40,198 nucleotides of DNA from Candidatus Omnitrophota bacterium (GCA_043812495.1 JBDRMG010000024.1:1-40198), one strand, 5' to 3'; shown: positions 1-9,523, numbered from the stretch's first letter. Numbers and translations: made by a program. Notes: generated by a model not told the origin, from the sequence alone.

Positions 1-136
1 TGTGTCGACTGTGGGAATTACCGAAGAAGTGATTAAGCGATATGTAGCTCGCCAGGGGAAAGAAGATACTGGTCAAGCGGAGCTTGAATTATAAGTTAAA
101 TAAAGTACCACGGCTGTAAAGCCGTGGGTATCTATT
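1..136 (+). mobile_element. Right end of IS200-like element with subterminal hairpin
   Basis: tnpA stop at 94, then hairpin CCACGGCT-GTAA-AGCCGTGG (108-127); exact end inferred. Confidence 0.7.
2..94 (+). CDS. tnpA: IS200/IS605-family Y1 transposase, C-terminal fragment (truncated by window start)
   Basis: Manual translation VSTVGITEEVIKRYVARQGKEDTGQAELEL* matches the TnpA C-terminus (STVG..., catalytic Tyr in 'IKRYV.Q'); not in the ORF track. Confidence 0.85.
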   Translation: MSTVGITEEVIKRYVARQGKEDTGQAELEL

Positions 137-216
137 TTCGGTCATGCACTTATGTCAGCCCCGCCCGCCACTGAATCAATGGCGGGCGGGGCATCCATAA
201 GCGCAGACCTCATTAA
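137..216 (-). repeat. Modular palindromic element, copy 1 (truncated next to IS200 end)
   Basis: Arms TTCGGTCATGCACTTATGT and TCCATAAGCGCAGACCTCATTAA match the reverse complement of the arms at 13285-13307 and 13377-13395; inner hairpin GCCCCGCCCGCCA...TGGCGGGCGGGGC (158-192). Confidence 0.85.
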
Positions 217-235
217 AAGAAATAATTAAGTCCGC

Positions 236-913
236 ATGAAAAGAATCAAGGATGTCCTGCTGATCCTGATCATTGCCGCTGGCAGCATTTGGGCCTATAA
301 TTTTTTTCAGCAGTACGTGCATGAGAAAAAAATCCTAGAGCAGGTGATTGAGCGCTTCCGGGCGGATTCTCGCATCGCGGAAGTTTTGGTGACGGGCGTT
401 CAGTTCGACGAACAAACAAGAAAAACATTCACCACGATCAAGTTCTTGGAATATGATGTCGCCGGGAATCCTCTAGAACCCAAATATTTTAAATTCTCCG
501 GCAATATCATTCAGTTTCAGTCGTTGGTGATCCGTTTTGAAGATGAATATGTCCGCTGGGGCGATCGGCTTAAGGGAAAAAGCATTACTCTTTTCTGGAA
601 AGTTTTTATGTTGGATGGCGCGAATACACAGGAATTCGAAGTTGCGAAGATGAACGAAATTCCCCGCGGCTATAAAGTTCCAGATTTGACGGAACCTTTT
701 GAGAAGACCTTATGGGAGAATTTTTGGTCCTACGCCCTCAATGCGAAGAAACGCAAAGAATTCGGCATCAAAAATGCCCAGATTGAAGCCCCGGGAACCA
801 TGTTTATCCCCGGCCATCTCTATACCATTAAAATTGAACATGACGGCGGCATGCGGATTGATGAAACGGTTCTGCCGCAAATCCTCAAAGGCGAACACAT
901 CCCTAAAGAATAG
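236..913 (+). CDS. Hypothetical protein with N-terminal membrane anchor
   Basis: 225-aa ORF, hydrophobic N-terminal segment, no family recognised. Confidence 0.8.
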   Translation: MKRIKDVLLILIIAAGSIWAYNFFQQYVHEKKILEQVIERFRADSRIAEVLVTGVQFDEQTRKTFTTIKFLEYDVAGNPLEPKYFKFSGNIIQFQSLVIRFEDEYVRWGDRLKGKSITLFWKVFMLDGANTQEFEVAKMNEIPRGYKVPDLTEPFEKTLWENFWSYALNAKKRKEFGIKNAQIEAPGTMFIPGHLYTIKIEHDGGMRIDETVLPQILKGEHIPKE

Positions 914-924
914 GAGCACAAGCG

Positions 925-1239
925 ATGGGTGAGAAGGGTTTTTCTTTGAACATCAACACCATGATGGAATTCCCGAAAGAAGGGATTTTCAGCAAGGTTT
1001 TAGCGAAATCCGAAACCTATAACTTTACCCTGATGTGTTTGGCTAAGGGCAGCGAAATTGACACGCATACCTCAACGAAGAACGGAGGTATTCAAGTTCT
1101 CAAAGGACAGGGCACCTTTACCCTGAGCGGAGAGGATATTCCTATGGAGCCCGGCGTGTTTATCTTCATGCCCGCGGATGCCCCGCATTCTCTCAAAGCC
1201 GACGAAGATTTAGCCATCTTGCTGTGTCTTGCAAAATAA
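925..1239 (+). CDS. Cupin-domain protein
   Basis: AGGAG RBS; HTS...QVLKG.G and PADAPHSL cupin motifs. Confidence 0.85.
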   Translation: MGEKGFSLNINTMMEFPKEGIFSKVLAKSETYNFTLMCLAKGSEIDTHTSTKNGGIQVLKGQGTFTLSGEDIPMEPGVFIFMPADAPHSLKADEDLAILLCLAK

Positions 1240-1260
1240 AGGCCATTGATTGATAACCCA

Positions 1261-1298
1261 GCGACCCGCCATTAAATTAATGGCGGGTCGCCCTTTTT
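1261..1298 (+). terminator. GC-rich hairpin followed by T-run; related to the hairpin module at 162-190 and 29401-29425
   Basis: GCGACCCGCCATTAA-A-TTAATGGCGGGTCGC then CCTTTTT, just after the cupin stop. Confidence 0.55.
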
Positions 1299-1317
1299 GC
1301 GATGCAAAAATATCATC

Positions 1318-1425
1318 TATTGACTTTCTCTTCATTAAAGGAACGGTGGAAGTCAATATTAGGTCTTCTTTCTCGGATAGAGAGAATATTATTGACTGTT
1401 CCATTAATAAGGAAAAGACCAATAA
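1318..1425 (+). repeat. 108-bp imperfect palindromic dispersed repeat, copy 1
   Basis: Differs by 2 nt from the reverse complement of 35114-35221; partial third copy at 40129-40198. Confidence 0.9.
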
Positions 1426-1605
1426 AACCGCATGTTCATGAGAGATTGGTTTAAAAAAACTTTATAGTCGCAATGTGAATAAAAACAAAGAAAGCATTCT
1501 ACCCCGCTTCCCCTCATTTTGAAATAAATTCTTGAGTGTATGATAAATCACGTTTGATATGGTAAAATGATTGTAAGTTTTCAAAGGTCAGAGGTACATT
1601 TTTGC

Positions 1606-2238
1606 ATGAGTGTTCAATTTTTTAAAGCAATTACGATCCCTCCTCCTAAGGACAATATTTACTGCAGACTTGGGCATGCAAAGGGTTTGACGCAAGTGAG
1701 CGCCGAACAAAAGGAGAAGATCGAAACATATTTATCAGAAGCCGTTAATTTGATTGAGCTTAAAGGCGCAGCACTGCGATTACCCATCGAAATTATGCAA
1801 GATCCGGTCATCAAGTTGTCTCAAGAGATAAATCTGAAGAGTCATTCCTTAATTGAATTTCTTAAAGAAAGCAAAGAAGTCCTTTTGATGGGGGCCACAG
1901 CGGGTACGCGTATCGGGGAGGCCATCAGGGAAAATTCTTCCGGCAAAGATGTGACCCGCGCTGTCGTCTTCGATGCGACCGCAAGCGAAATGGTGGACGA
2001 AGCCTTAAGCTGGATCATGAATTATATGGATCGCGGACTTCGCCGAGAAAATAAGCATCTTACCAAGAAACGTTTTTCCGCAGGTTACGGCGATTTCTCT
2101 TTAGAAAACCAGAAAATTATGTATGATACATTAAGGCTCGCTCAATTGGGGGTGCAGTTGACAGACAAGAATATCCTTATTCCGGAGAAATCCGTGACCG
2201 CTGTCGCGGGCATCAACGTTGTTTGTGCTTTGCCGTAA
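1606..2238 (+). CDS. Stand-alone B12-dependent methionine synthase activation (AdoMet-binding) domain protein
   Basis: RFSAGYGDF and LIPEKSVTA motifs; directly upstream of MetH; GAGGT RBS favours ATG 1606 over 1567. Confidence 0.85.
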   Translation: MSVQFFKAITIPPPKDNIYCRLGHAKGLTQVSAEQKEKIETYLSEAVNLIELKGAALRLPIEIMQDPVIKLSQEINLKSHSLIEFLKESKEVLLMGATAGTRIGEAIRENSSGKDVTRAVVFDATASEMVDEALSWIMNYMDRGLRRENKHLTKKRFSAGYGDFSLENQKIMYDTLRLAQLGVQLTDKNILIPEKSVTAVAGINVVCALP

Positions 2239-2250
2239 GACAAAGAAATT

Positions 2251-4638
2251 ATGAAGAACATAGACAATCTGCTTAAAAAACGAGTCATCATCCTGGACGG
2301 AGCCGCGGGAACAGAGCTCCAGAAAAAAGGTCTTCCTCAAGGAATGTGCCCGGAGATTTGGTGTCTGGAGAATCCTGAGGCCATTTGTAACGTACATTCC
2401 GATTATGTCCGGGCAGGGGCCGATATTATTTATACCTGCACGTTTGGAGCTAACCGTGAAAAGTTATCTCTTTACGGTTCTCATAACGTCAAGAAAATTA
2501 ACGCAAAACTCGCTTCTTTAGCGCGCAAGGCAGCCGGAAAAAATACTCTGGTTGCCGGAGATATCGGTCCGACAGGAAAATTTGTGGAGCCGTTCGGGCC
2601 TCTGGGTTTTGAGGATGCCGTTAAGATTTTTAAAGAACAAGTTCAGGGTCTTTTGGAGGGCGGCGTCGATCTTTTTGTCATTGAAACCATGATGGATATC
2701 CAGGAAGCTCGCGCAGCTTTGATCGCCGTTAAAGAGTTAACCGATCGATTTACCATGGTAACCATGACCTATGAAAAAAGCGGTCGGACGTTAAACGGAA
2801 CAGATCCTTTGACGGCGCTCATTACCCTGCAGAGCCTTGGGGCCGATGCCGTGGGATGCAATTGTTCTTTGGGTCCGTCGATGATGACCGATCTGATCAA
2901 GGCCATGAAACCTTATGCCACGGTTCCTTTAGTGGCCAAGCCAAATGCCGGCGTTCCCAAGCTGATCAAAGGGCAAACGCTATTTGACATGCAGCCCGAA
3001 GAATTCGCTTCTTATGCGAAGATATTTGTTGCGCAAGGAGCCAATATGCTCGGCGGGTGCTGCGGAACGACGCCGAAGCATATTGCCGTCCTTCGTAAAA
3101 AGACCTTAAATCTTCGGGGGATTCTGCCAAAGCGAAAATCCATAAGCGCCGTCAGCTCTGCGCGCTCAAACGTTATCCTCGAAGGCCAAAGACCTTTGGC
3201 CGTTGTCGGCGAATGCATTAACCCGACAGGCAAGAAAACACTTCAAGCCGAACTGCGCGAAGAAAAATTATCCTTTGTGCGTCAACTGGCCAAAGAGCAA
3301 GAGAGCAAAGGCGCGGATCTTTTGGATGTCAATGTCGCCGCCCTCGGCGTCAACGAGACCAAATGCATGCGCAAGGTGATCGACGCTTTATCAATTGCCA
3401 GCGACCTGCCCTTGGCGATTGATTCGCCAAGAGTAGAAACCATCGAAGCGGCTTTGCGCCTTTATCCGGGACGCGCCCTGATCAATTCCATTTCCGGAGA
3501 GAAATCAAAATGCGAAAAGCTTCTAAGGGTCGCGGCCCAATACGGCGCGATGTTTATTCTTCTTCCTCTGGATCAAAAGAATATTCCCGAAACATTTGAG
3601 AAACGAAAGACGATCATTGAACGAATTTTTAAAAGAGCGCAAAAGTTCGGTTTTACAAAAAGCGATATTATCGTTGATGGTCTTGTCATGACTATCGCCT
3701 CGCATCCCAAGGGATGCGAAGAAACATTAAAGACCATTGCCTGGTGCGCACAAGACTTCCAAATCAATAGCATCATTGGTCTTTCCAATATCTCTTTTGG
3801 CATGCCCAAGCGTCAATGGATCAACGCGAGTTTTCTCGCGATGGCCCAATCGTGCGGATTAACCATGGCGATCGCCAATCCCTTAGATAGCGAAATCATG
3901 AATATCAAGCGGGGTATTGATGTCTTAACCGGACAAGACGCTCATGCGTCTTGTTATCTGGCACATTTTGGAGGAGTCGTCACTTCCTCAGAGTCGACGC
4001 TGCGCCATATGTCTCCTAAGGAAAAGATTTTCAACGCAATCTTAGAAGGCAATAAGGAAGATATCCAAAGCGCCATTGATGAGGCCTTGGCCGCGCACAT
4101 CAATGCCGAAGCGCTTATTCATGAAATCATGATCCCGGCGATCAACAGAGTCGGCGATCTTTTTGATAAGAAGAAATATTTCTTACCTCAGCTGATTGCA
4201 AGCGCCGAAACCATGAAAATCGGATACGCGCATCTTGAGCCCCATATTAAAAAAGGTGATTTGAGCAATGCCAAGAAAACCGTTGTGATTCCGGCCACCG
4301 TCAAAGACGATATCCATGATATCGGCAAGAATATCGTGGCCTTGATGCTTAAGAATCATGGTTTTTCCATTATTGATTTAGGCAAGGATGTTTCGGCTGC
4401 GAAAATTATTCATGAAATCAAACGCCATCAGGCGCCCATTGTGGGTCTTTCCGCCTTGATGACAACGACGATGGTGAACATGAAAGACGTGATTGAGAAG
4501 GCCCGCAAGGAAAATCTTGATTGCCGATTTGTCATCGGCGGCGCGGTTGTGACCAAATCCTATGCCCAGTCCTTAGGGGCTGAGTATGCCCATGACGGGG
4601 TCGAAGCCGTACGTGTCTTAAAAAAATTGAGCGAGTAG
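2251..4638 (+). CDS. metH: Cobalamin-dependent methionine synthase (Hcy-, pterin- and B12-binding domains, no activation domain)
   Basis: LDGAAGTELQ, GCNC, GGCCGTTP (Zn), GECINPTGKK, DIHDIGKNIV, GLSALMTTT motifs. Confidence 0.93.
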   Translation: MKNIDNLLKKRVIILDGAAGTELQKKGLPQGMCPEIWCLENPEAICNVHSDYVRAGADIIYTCTFGANREKLSLYGSHNVKKINAKLASLARKAAGKNTLVAGDIGPTGKFVEPFGPLGFEDAVKIFKEQVQGLLEGGVDLFVIETMMDIQEARAALIAVKELTDRFTMVTMTYEKSGRTLNGTDPLTALITLQSLGADAVGCNCSLGPSMMTDLIKAMKPYATVPLVAKPNAGVPKLIKGQTLFDMQPEEFASYAKIFVAQGANMLGGCCGTTPKHIAVLRKKTLNLRGILPKRKSISAVSSARSNVILEGQRPLAVVGECINPTGKKTLQAELREEKLSFVRQLAKEQESKGADLLDVNVAALGVNETKCMRKVIDALSIASDLPLAIDSPRVETIEAALRLYPGRALINSISGEKSKCEKLLRVAAQYGAMFILLPLDQKNIPETFEKRKTIIERIFKRAQKFGFTKSDIIVDGLVMTIASHPKGCEETLKTIAWCAQDFQINSIIGLSNISFGMPKRQWINASFLAMAQSCGLTMAIANPLDSEIMNIKRGIDVLTGQDAHASCYLAHFGGVVTSSESTLRHMSPKEKIFNAILEGNKEDIQSAIDEALAAHINAEALIHEIMIPAINRVGDLFDKKKYFLPQLIASAETMKIGYAHLEPHIKKGDLSNAKKTVVIPATVKDDIHDIGKNIVALMLKNHGFSIIDLGKDVSAAKIIHEIKRHQAPIVGLSALMTTTMVNMKDVIEKARKENLDCRFVIGGAVVTKSYAQSLGAEYAHDGVEAVRVLKKLSE

Positions 4639-4653
4639 AGCGAGGAAAAAAAG

Positions 4654-5292
4654 ATGATGCTTAGGGCGATCTATAAGGAATTGAGACATCACGCGCCGTT
4701 TACCTTCTTCGGGGCCTTAACGGGTATTCTCTTTATGATCCTTTTTAGGAATATACCCGAACAGATTTCTTTTAAACTGTTTTATACCTTTCATCCCGCC
4801 CATGTCGTTTTAAGCGCCCTGGTGACGACATCGATGTATTCTTTTTACAAATGTGATGGGATCGGACGAAAATGCAATCTGTGGTTTCTTCTCGCCATCG
4901 GTTACGTGGGCTCAATCGGCATTGCGACATTCAGCGATTCCCTGATTCCCTATTGGGGCGAAATACTTTTGAAAATGCATCATAGCGAACCGCATATCGG
5001 ATTTATCGAAATGTGGTGGTTGGTCAATCCGGCGGCCATGATAGGGATCGCCATAGCCTACTTTAAGCCGTCGACGAAATTTCCTCACGCCGGACATGTT
5101 CTTTTAAGTACGTGGGCGTCCTTGTTTCATATCATGATGGCCGGACATATGCATTTGAGTTGGTATTCTTATTTGGCTGTTTTTGCTTTTCTGTTTGTCG
5201 CTGTTTGGCTGCCTTGCTGCATCAGCGATATTGTTTTTCCTCTGTTATTTGTCAAAGAAAAAGGACACAAAAATTCATGTTCATGCCATTGA
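4654..5292 (+). CDS. His/Cys-rich integral membrane protein of unknown function
   Basis: Several hydrophobic helices; HHAPFT, HPAH, PHAGH, PCCISD and C-terminal CSCH. Confidence 0.8.
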   Translation: MMLRAIYKELRHHAPFTFFGALTGILFMILFRNIPEQISFKLFYTFHPAHVVLSALVTTSMYSFYKCDGIGRKCNLWFLLAIGYVGSIGIATFSDSLIPYWGEILLKMHHSEPHIGFIEMWWLVNPAAMIGIAIAYFKPSTKFPHAGHVLLSTWASLFHIMMAGHMHLSWYSYLAVFAFLFVAVWLPCCISDIVFPLLFVKEKGHKNSCSCH

Positions 5293-6959
5293 GACGATTA
5301 AAATATAACCCACTGTGCCTATTGGTCTGCGCTGCGGTGTGCCTCCTGTTTTTTGTTTCCCATAGTCAGGCCCAGGAAGAGGTGCCTCTTCAAGAAAAAG
5401 AAGGCTTTATTTGCACAGCCTATATCAGCGGTATCGGTTGCGGAAATTGTGCCGTCACCGACCCTGTTGTTTTTACTCAATGGACGCAGAAGTATCCCAA
5501 CCTTGTCATTCTGGAATATGAGATTTACAAGTCTCGCGAAGATAACAAAGACACCAAAGACGCTTATTTCTTTTCTTATCTGCCGATGAAACGTTCCGGC
5601 GTCCCCTTTTTCGTTATCGACAAAAAAAGAAATTTTGTGGGAAAAATTAAGGTTCTGGAAGCCGAGGCTGACTTAAGAGCTCTAGAAGCTAACCCTTGTC
5701 CTTTGGTACTGGGTGCGGCTTCAGATTTTGAACAATTGGATTTGACGACCCTGCCGGGAAAGGTCAATATCTGGACGAAGAACCGGGTGCTTGTCTCCGG
5801 GAAAAAAGCGGATCCCCAAATTCTAAAGAAAGTCCTTATCGAAGAGGATATCTCCAAGGCTTTAAAAAACGTGCATTTCAAGAAAATCCATCCGGAGACT
5901 ATGCCGATTTCCAACGGTCAAATCGGCTTTCAATACGCGGTGCAAATCGGTGATTGGCGCCTGCAGTGGAATGGCGAACCGCTCAAAGTTTCATCGAGCG
6001 GATTCGTGCTCTCCGATCACGCCATGAGCGGAATCTTAATTGTTGTCATTCTTTTGCTTATTGCGTTTTTCTTTTTTAGAATCCAGAAGACAAAAAAGGG
6101 CTTCTCGATTCACTTTAGGATGGAGCGTAAGAGAAAAGAGCTCATGATTACTCTGGCGGCCCTGGTCGGACTTATCGTTGTTTTTGCGATGGCAAGAAGC
6201 GTCTCTCCAAAGGCCCTTGAGCAGGCCGGATACAATATGCCCCTGCCTATTTTTACGTTTTTGATCGCTCTTGTCGACGGATTTAATCCCTGCAATATGT
6301 TTGTGCTGACGTGCCTGCTGGCCTTGCTGATCTCCACGTCAGATGCCAAAAAAAGACTCTTTGCGGTTGCCTTAAGCTTTGTGTTTGTCGTATTCATTAT
6401 TTATTTTCTTTTTATGGCGGCCTGGCTTAACGTCTTTAAATATTTTAGTTTTGTCACACCTTTGCGGATAGCGATTGCCCTGATTGCCATTGTTGCCGGT
6501 CTCATCAATTGCAAAGAACTTTTGTTTTTTAGAAAAGGGATTTCCCTGATGATTCAGGAAGAACATAAAGAGCCCTTGATGGATAAAATGCGGGGAATGA
6601 AGGAAATTATCCGCACAGGCTCGTTTCCTGTTTTGATTTCTTCGTCGATTGGCTTAGCGGCTTTTTCGTCTTTGATTGAATTGCCCTGCACGGCAGGGTT
6701 TCCCATCATTTATACCGGGATTCTGTCGGGCCGATTTCTGAAAAGCACGTTCGCCTATTACAGCTATCTTTTTCTTTATAATTTTGTTTATGTCATCCCC
6801 CTCTTGGTGATCATCACCATTTTTATTTATACATTCAAAGCCAAGGCGATTTCAAAAGAACAGATTCAGATGATCAAATTTATCGGTGGCTTCATCATGA
6901 TTCTATTGGGGATTGTTTTGCTGGTGAATCCCGGTTTGATCGGCTTGGGCGCAAGTTAA
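5283..6959 (+). CDS. Thioredoxin-like (CxxC) domain fused to a CcdA/DsbD-type transmembrane domain
   Basis: Signal-like N-terminus, CGNC, later DGFNPC and ELPCTAG membrane Cys motifs; start inferred at ATG 5283 overlapping the upstream stop. Confidence 0.75.
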   Translation: MPLRRLKYNPLCLLVCAAVCLLFFVSHSQAQEEVPLQEKEGFICTAYISGIGCGNCAVTDPVVFTQWTQKYPNLVILEYEIYKSREDNKDTKDAYFFSYLPMKRSGVPFFVIDKKRNFVGKIKVLEAEADLRALEANPCPLVLGAASDFEQLDLTTLPGKVNIWTKNRVLVSGKKADPQILKKVLIEEDISKALKNVHFKKIHPETMPISNGQIGFQYAVQIGDWRLQWNGEPLKVSSSGFVLSDHAMSGILIVVILLLIAFFFFRIQKTKKGFSIHFRMERKRKELMITLAALVGLIVVFAMARSVSPKALEQAGYNMPLPIFTFLIALVDGFNPCNMFVLTCLLALLISTSDAKKRLFAVALSFVFVVFIIYFLFMAAWLNVFKYFSFVTPLRIAIALIAIVAGLINCKELLFFRKGISLMIQEEHKEPLMDKMRGMKEIIRTGSFPVLISSSIGLAAFSSLIELPCTAGFPIIYTGILSGRFLKSTFAYYSYLFLYNFVYVIPLLVIITIFIYTFKAKAISKEQIQMIKFIGGFIMILLGIVLLVNPGLIGLGAS

Positions 6960-6983
6960 CGTACGTAGACTTCGGAGAACGAA

Positions 6984-7352
6984 ATGGCACAGAAGATTCT
7001 AGTTGTGGATGACGAAGAACACATTGTCAAGGTCGTGGCCAACCGCCTGAAGGCGAGCGGGTACGACGTAATTACGGCTGCCGATGGCTTAAGCGCGCTA
7101 TCTTCGGCACGGGAGCAGAAACCGGATTTGATTATTCTGGATATTATGCTTCCGAAGATGGATGGATATAAAGTCTGCCGTATGCTCAAATTTGACGAGA
7201 ACTATAAGCACATTCCGATTATTATTTTTACGGCACGCATCCAGGACAGCGATGAGAAAACCGGCTATGAAGTCGGCGCTGATGCGTATCTCACAAAACC
7301 CTTTGAGTCGCAAGTGTTACTTGCTAAAATTGAAGAGTTGTTAAGGAAATAA
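6984..7352 (+). CDS. Single-domain response regulator
   Basis: ILVVDDE, DLIILDIMLP, KPF. Confidence 0.92.
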   Translation: MAQKILVVDDEEHIVKVVANRLKASGYDVITAADGLSALSSAREQKPDLIILDIMLPKMDGYKVCRMLKFDENYKHIPIIIFTARIQDSDEKTGYEVGADAYLTKPFESQVLLAKIEELLRK

Positions 7353-7380
7353 ACAATCAGATAGCGGGAATAAGGGAACG

Positions 7381-9066
7381 ATGAACAAAGAAGGACAGCA
7401 CGAACAGAATATTATTGATCTTCTCCTCAAGGAAGGCCTGGTCACGCAGGAAAAGGTCGACAAAGCCAAAGAAGAGACCAAACGAACGGGCTTAAGCATC
7501 GAAAAAGCCCTGGAAAAGCTCGGTTTTATTACGTCGGAAAATATCGTAAAGGTTCAAGCCACAGCCCAAGGCTTGCCCTACATGGACCTTAGCGATTATG
7601 TGATTGACGCCGATCTGACCAAGCTCATTCCGATCAATATTGCCAAGAAATACAATGCCGTTCCGCTTTTTAAGATCGGCAGCACCATTACCGTCGGCAT
7701 GCTCAATCCCCAGGATATCATGGCCCTGGATCAAATCCGCCACGCCACGCACATGGAAATGATTGAGGCGGTCATGGTCTCAAAAGAAGGAATTCAGAAA
7801 GTTATCGATTCTTATTATGGAGTCAGCGGAACCATTGAGGAAGTTGTCAAGTCGATCGATAATGAGAAAATCAGCGAAGCGGAACGCAAAGGATTAATTG
7901 AAGTTGCTGAAGAAGCCCCCATTATTAAGCTGGTGAATATTATTATCGCGCAGGCCGCCAAAGACAGAGCGTCCGATATCCACATTGAACCCGAAGCGGA
8001 TAATTTAAGAATACGTTTTCGCATTGACGGCCTTCTTCATGAAATGACAGTCTTGCCTAAAAAATTACAGAATGCCGTCATTTCGCGCGTCAAAGTCTTA
8101 TCCAGAATGGATATTGCGGAAAACAGAGTCCCCCAAGACGGACGCATCCAAATCCAATTAGAAGACAAAAGTTTAGACATTCGCGTTTCAACATTCCCAA
8201 CAGTTCACGGGGAAAATGTCGTAATGAGGCTGCTCGATAAAACGTCCGTTCTTTTGGGATTAAAAGAAATTGGTTTTCAAGACAAAGAACTCACTATTTT
8301 TAACGAACTCATCCGACGTCCTAACGGAATCGTTTTTGTAACAGGTCCCACGGGAAGCGGCAAGACCACGACGCTTTATTCGGCCATTACAAGCATAAAT
8401 TCCATGGAGAAAAACATTATCACGATCGAAGACCCGGTGGAATATGAACTGCCTTTGATCCGGCAGACTCAGGTCAACCCCAAGGCCGGTATTACGTTTG
8501 CTAATGGTCTGCGCAGTATCCTGCGTCAGGATCCGGATATCATTATGGTCGGAGAGATCCGCGATAAAGATACCGTTGAAATCGCTATTCAGGCGGCTCT
8601 CACAGGCCATTTGGTTTTCTCGACACTGCATACCAACGACGCCCCTTCGGCCCTGACAAGGCTCATCGATATGGGCGTTGAGCCTTTTCTAATCTCGAGC
8701 TCAACCATCGGGATTATCGCGCAGCGATTGGTCAGACTGATTTGCGATAAATGTAAAGAGGTTTATGAGCCCACTAAAGAGGCCTTGAAAGATCTTGGTT
8801 TTGACAAGCAAACCAAATTTTACCGCGGAAAAGGTTGCCGCAAGTGCAAAGAAACGGGTTTTGTAGGCCGGACCTCGATTGTGGAATTACTCGTTATCAC
8901 CGAAGACATGAGAAGAATGATTGATGAGAAAAGCTCAGCCGAGGACATTAAGAAAAAAGCCATCAAGGCCGGCATGACGACACTGCGCGAAAACGGACTT
9001 AAAAAAGCACAGGAAGGCTTGACCACGCTCGATGAAGTTTTGCGGGTGACAGAGGTGGAGCTGTGA
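7381..9066 (+). CDS. pilB: Type IV pilus/T2SS assembly ATPase (PilB/GspE/MshE family)
   Basis: GPTGSGKTT Walker A, TIEDPVEY, LRQDPDIIMVGEIRD, TGHLVFSTLHTN, tetracysteine motif. Confidence 0.93.
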   Translation: MNKEGQHEQNIIDLLLKEGLVTQEKVDKAKEETKRTGLSIEKALEKLGFITSENIVKVQATAQGLPYMDLSDYVIDADLTKLIPINIAKKYNAVPLFKIGSTITVGMLNPQDIMALDQIRHATHMEMIEAVMVSKEGIQKVIDSYYGVSGTIEEVVKSIDNEKISEAERKGLIEVAEEAPIIKLVNIIIAQAAKDRASDIHIEPEADNLRIRFRIDGLLHEMTVLPKKLQNAVISRVKVLSRMDIAENRVPQDGRIQIQLEDKSLDIRVSTFPTVHGENVVMRLLDKTSVLLGLKEIGFQDKELTIFNELIRRPNGIVFVTGPTGSGKTTTLYSAITSINSMEKNIITIEDPVEYELPLIRQTQVNPKAGITFANGLRSILRQDPDIIMVGEIRDKDTVEIAIQAALTGHLVFSTLHTNDAPSALTRLIDMGVEPFLISSSTIGIIAQRLVRLICDKCKEVYEPTKEALKDLGFDKQTKFYRGKGCRKCKETGFVGRTSIVELLVITEDMRRMIDEKSSAEDIKKKAIKAGMTTLRENGLKKAQEGLTTLDEVLRVTEVEL

Positions 9067-9070
9067 TTGA

Positions 9071-9112
9071 GGTTACTAAGGTTACAAAAGTTACTAAGGT
9101 TACTAAGGGTTG
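9071..9112 (+). repeat. Left array of 9-bp repeats (consensus GGTTACTAA)
   Basis: GGTTACTAA GGTTACAAA AGTTACTAA GGTTACTAA GGGTTG. Confidence 0.9.
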
Positions 9113-9115
9113 CAC

Positions 9116-9505
9116 ATGCGGGCGTACGAAAATCTTAAATTTTATCAGAATATTTGTGAAATTCGAAGACTAATTATCAAAACAACCAATCCTTTAAGAA
9201 AATCACACCTGAGACTTGTTGGTCAGATGGCCGATGCGGCAAGAAGCGCAAAACAGAATATTCGAGAGGGCTACGCGAAGGACAGCGCCGGACAATTCGC
9301 GAATTCGATAAAAATCAGCAGAGGATCCTTAGAAGAACTCCGGGGCGATGTGGATGATTGCCTGGAAGACGGATTAATAGGAGAAAATATTCATAAGCAA
9401 TTAAGCCATCTATTCGAAATGACTTTTATCCAGATTGATCGATATTTGGATTCTCTTTATCGATTAGACAAAGAAGGAAAATGGAAAACCCGCTTTAAAA
9501 GATAG
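9116..9505 (+). CDS. Four-helix-bundle protein (23S rRNA intervening-sequence protein / Avd-like family)
   Basis: YENLKFYQ, QMADAARSAKQNIREG and SRGSLEEL are hallmark segments. Confidence 0.88.
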   Translation: MRAYENLKFYQNICEIRRLIIKTTNPLRKSHLRLVGQMADAARSAKQNIREGYAKDSAGQFANSIKISRGSLEELRGDVDDCLEDGLIGENIHKQLSHLFEMTFIQIDRYLDSLYRLDKEGKWKTRFKR

Positions 9506-9523
9506 GCCAACTCATAAAATGAT

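Noticed and set aside
1318..1425. 108-bp repeat as an integron attC site
   Set aside because: No RYYYAAC...GTTRRRY ends, mixed orientation, no integrase in the window
1250..1441. ORFs 1250-1441 (+) and 35083-35280 (-) sharing IDFLFIKGTVEVNIRSSFS...
   Set aside because: Identity is confined to the 108-bp DNA repeat, the flanks are unrelated, and there is no RBS; probably incidental translation of a non-coding element
1426..1605. SAM or cobalamin riboswitch upstream of the methionine synthase genes
   Set aside because: AT-rich region with no conserved riboswitch core that I could recognise; an Rfam scan would settle it
5112..5282. Long N-terminal extension of the 615-aa ORF
   Set aside because: Overlaps the upstream gene in another frame; ATG 5283 gives a normal signal peptide
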